Positions 58,540-61,587 of a DNA stretch of 61,587 bases are shown piece by piece. Positions within the stretch are counted from its first letter, which is position 1. Each line of letters begins with the position of its first letter. The notes under the pieces are model-generated. The model searched no databases and was not told the origin of the DNA. It saw nothing but the letters and a program-made list of their open reading frames with translations. This DNA comes from Octopus bimaculoides (Eukaryota), in contig NC_068990.1 of assembly GCF_001194135.2 (NCBI RefSeq), forward strand, positions 48,822,038 to 48,883,624, given 5' to 3'. A program made the translations under genes and the position numbers.

Positions 58540-59995
58540 ACAGTCTCATATATTCATAAATTATGCTTTTGTGTAGGTGAAAAAGAAGAGCCTAGATTGA
58601 TTCAACAAAAACAACAAAGAATTCTCGAAATTTCATTATTGCTAAAAGGCGTGCTTGAACAAGAACCAACCTCAAACATGAAGAAAAATACATCAAAGAT
58701 CTCAAGCAGTTATGTTAAACTTAGATCAGAGAGCTTCAGAACAAATGGTGGATAGAAGAGCCTTCTGAGCTTAGAAGATATTCTGATGGCAAGGACCTCA
58801 GAAATTTCTACAGCTTTAACAAAGAACTATACAGCCCAACCCAAAATACCCTTTAGATTACTTTGAAAACTACTGATGATTCCAACATTTTCACTGACAG
58901 CCAAAGCATCCTGAACTGCTGGAAAGAACATTTCAGCACTCTCCTAAGTAGATGTTCTACTGCAGCAAAGATTTTCCTACAACAGTCTTTGAACATCTTT
59001 CTCAACCATGGATGTCAAATCTTTTCAAGAATTCAGAGATGTCATCAAAAGCATGAAACTAAGGAAGACACCTGGTCCAAACAACATCCCTCTGGAGCTC
59101 ATCCAAAATTGTAGCCAGCCTTTAAGAAAAGGCTATTCAATCTCATCCTGAGAATATGGGAAACCCAAATAGTACCTGCAAATCTAAAGAATGCTTTCAT
59201 AGTTACAGTCTTTAAGAATGAAGATTACAGCATTTGTGGGAACTACCATGGCATATCCTTCCTCTCCCTCCTAGGAAAAATCTCGACGAGAACACTGCTC
59301 AATTGTCTCCTAGTTGCCAGGACCTCAGACTACCATGCCAATTGTTCCCTTTAGAGGAACAACTGGCATGGTATTCTGTGCAGGACAGCAACACGAAAAT
59401 TGCAGAGAACAACAGAAACATCTCTTGCAGATCGTTTATAATCTGGAAAAGGCTTTTGGCATCATACCACACACAGCTATGTAGAAGGTCTTATAGTAAT
59501 TCAGTTGCCCTGATTATTTGTGGCTTTTATCCAAGCACTCCATGATAACATGCCAAGACAGGTGACATTAAAACATGTCAGAAGATTTCTTGATCACCAA
59601 CATCTTAAAGCAGAAATGTGTACTTTGCCATGTCAAATCCTTTAAAGGAAACTCGGTACCAGCAATAGATCGAGCAATTGCCCCATTTGATGCTTCAAAA
59701 ACTGACTGAAATGGACAGTAAAGAGCATAAACACCAAGCTTAAATCCTGGGAGCACCACACAGGAAACAGAACAGCATGGTGTTGTATCATCAAGGTTGG
59801 CATAGAACATTTTTTAAAAAAACCTTGTCAAAGAAATGAATATAAATGGCTATGACAAAAAAACGAATATAAATGGCTATGACAAAAAAACCTGCCAACT
59901 CCAACCAAAGTCTCTACCAACCATCAGATTTCACTCCTGTGGACAATTGTTTCATGCATAAATTGGTCTTACCAGCCATCAGAGGCTGCACCTCC
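58540..59995 (+). mobile_element. RTE-clade LINE remnant upstream of RPB1
   Basis: WKEHFSTLL, NYHGISFLSL..K and LEKAF RT segments in broken frames; C-terminal CGQLF..IGLTSHQRLH knuckle. Confidence 0.75.
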
Positions 59996-61161
59996 TTTTT
60001 TTTTTTTTCTAATTTAGCAACTCCATAAAAATATGGTAAAATTGATTTTGCTTGTATCTGCTTTGGTCGGTTCACAAAAATATAAATTTTTTTTCCTTCC
60101 TATCATTGATTTTAAAGAATTTTGGAGAAAATTAATATTTTAACTTAGGAAAGGAATGGGAGAGCAAATTAACTAAAGATACAGGACATCACAAACTTTG
60201 CTATGTCATCATTTTCTTTCTCTCACAAACCTTCATGTTTAAATCATGCCAACTTTTTTTTTCTTTCTCCTGCATGTTTACTTTAATATCAGTCTTATAC
60301 AACCTCTTAATTCTGCAAATCCTATGTATTATGTTCTCTATTTCTCTCCTTCACTCACATTTTGTCCAACTATTACTGTCTATATCTTTCTCCATTCACC
60401 ACTGTCACTGCCTTTTCTAGTACCGCTACTGTTACCACTATTTCCTTCTTACTCTATTTGAGTTACTTCCCTTATCATGACACAAACTGTTGAAAAGTAG
60501 GCACATACTATTGTATTAATACAAACTTTTTATAATTTCTGTAATAAAACTTGCATTATTCTTTGAAATATTTAGAATTGTGAAATTTCTGCTAGTTTTG
60601 ACAACCGTGTAGCATACAATTTTACTTTTCTTTTTAGTATTTTTCTGTTCATGAAACCCAATATATCACACTAAATTTTAATGTCTGTACTGAAGAGCAA
60701 ATATGAAAAAAAAAAAAAAAATGCAACAAAAATTGCTTAACTCTTTACCTATCCAGAGCATTTTCATAAATGTCTTAAACAGATATGCTTCTTTCCAGAC
60801 TTTTAGTTAGCCCTCACTTCATATGTTCTGAGTAATATGAAGCTTTCTTTGATAAGTCTCGTGTTAATCAGATGGTTGAAAAACATTGGAAATATGAAAC
60901 ATATATGATGCATGGACACTAGAGATATATGTCCTGTGTGTCACAAGTGATATACAAGACAAGCAATGGGTTAAGTAAAAATCTACGAAAATTAATGTGC
61001 TAAGATTTAGTAAACCGAGAAAGTGATATAAGGTATAACTACAGTTAAAATAGTTTTTGCATAGATAGATGTAGTACATCAATTTTCACTTCACATGGTT
61101 AGTTGAAGGGAGAGGCAAAGCGCAAGAGAAAAGAGGGAAAGAAAAGTGTTACTGATGTGCT

Positions 61162-61360
61162 GTAGGGTGGGGAAGTGGTTAAGAGCGAAGGCTACTAACT
61201 CCAAGATTCCGAGTTCGATTCCAGGCAGTGACCTGAATAATAATAATAATAATAATATTGAAAAATACCTTAGGAATGAGAACCCAGGTTCTCATTCCCC
61301 AAGACACCTGATGAAGGCTGGAGGGTATATCAGCTGAAATGTGTTAACAACAAACAAGAT
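61162..61360 (+). mobile_element. tRNA-derived SINE-like element with (AAT)n spacer, hairpin and hammerhead-like tail
   Basis: A-box-like TGGGGAAGTGG at 61168, B-box GAGTTCGATTCC at 61211, CTGATGA..GAAA at 61308-61339. Confidence 0.6.
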
Positions 61361-61587
61361 CATCATCATCATCATCATCGTTTAACGTCCGCTTTCCATG
61401 CTAGCATGGGTTGGACGATTTGACTGAGGACTGGTGAAACCGGATGGCAACACCAGGCTCCAGTCCGATTTGGCAGAGTTTCTACAGCTGGATGCCCTTC
61501 CTAACGCCAACCACTCAGAGAGTGTAGTGGGTGCTTTTACGTGTCACCCGCACGAAAACGGCCACGCTCGAAATGGTGTCTTTTATG
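61361..61587 (-). mobile_element. RTE-type 3' UTR/tail copy, running off the window end
   Basis: (CAT)n-CGTTTAACGTCCGCTTTCCATGCTAGCATGGG. Confidence 0.8.

Noticed and set aside
59838-59891. 27-bp tandem duplication (similar ones at 4513-4554 and near 43125)
   Set aside because: Simple local slippage duplications with no evidence of function.
61162-61235. Functional tRNA gene
   Set aside because: A/B boxes are present but the acceptor and anticodon stems are poor, and it runs into a repeat tail, so it is treated as a SINE head.

Overview
Eukaryotic, AT-rich, repeat-dense genomic window with four assembly gaps. The repeat content suggests an octopus/coleoid cephalopod, which is inference only. 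It holds one complete protein-coding gene: RPB1/POLR2A, the RNA polymerase II largest subunit, on the minus strand. I traced 26 coding exons from ATG 57088 to TAA 24843. The spliced CDS is 5826 nt (1941 aa), every junction is phase-consistent, intron 6 is GC-AG, and the ~46-heptad CTD lies in the last exon. A TATA+Inr core promoter and an AATAAA site flank the gene. The remainder is mostly decayed transposable elements: two Merlin-like MITEs with perfect 8-bp TSDs, a Helitron-like element, a Gypsy 3' half plus solo LTRs, L1/Tx1, RTE, R4/Dong-like and Penelope-like retroelement fragments, a Tc1, a piggyBac family (three intronic copies, one nested in another TTAA MITE), hAT MITEs, a possible Academ remnant and two tRNA-derived SINE families. 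I found no convincing new multi-gene system. The most interesting signals are the Ser2/Ser5 codon anticorrelation in the CTD, the GC-AG intron, the Merlin-like foldback elements, hammerhead-ribozyme-like cores, and inverted intronic repeats bracketing in-frame exon blocks.
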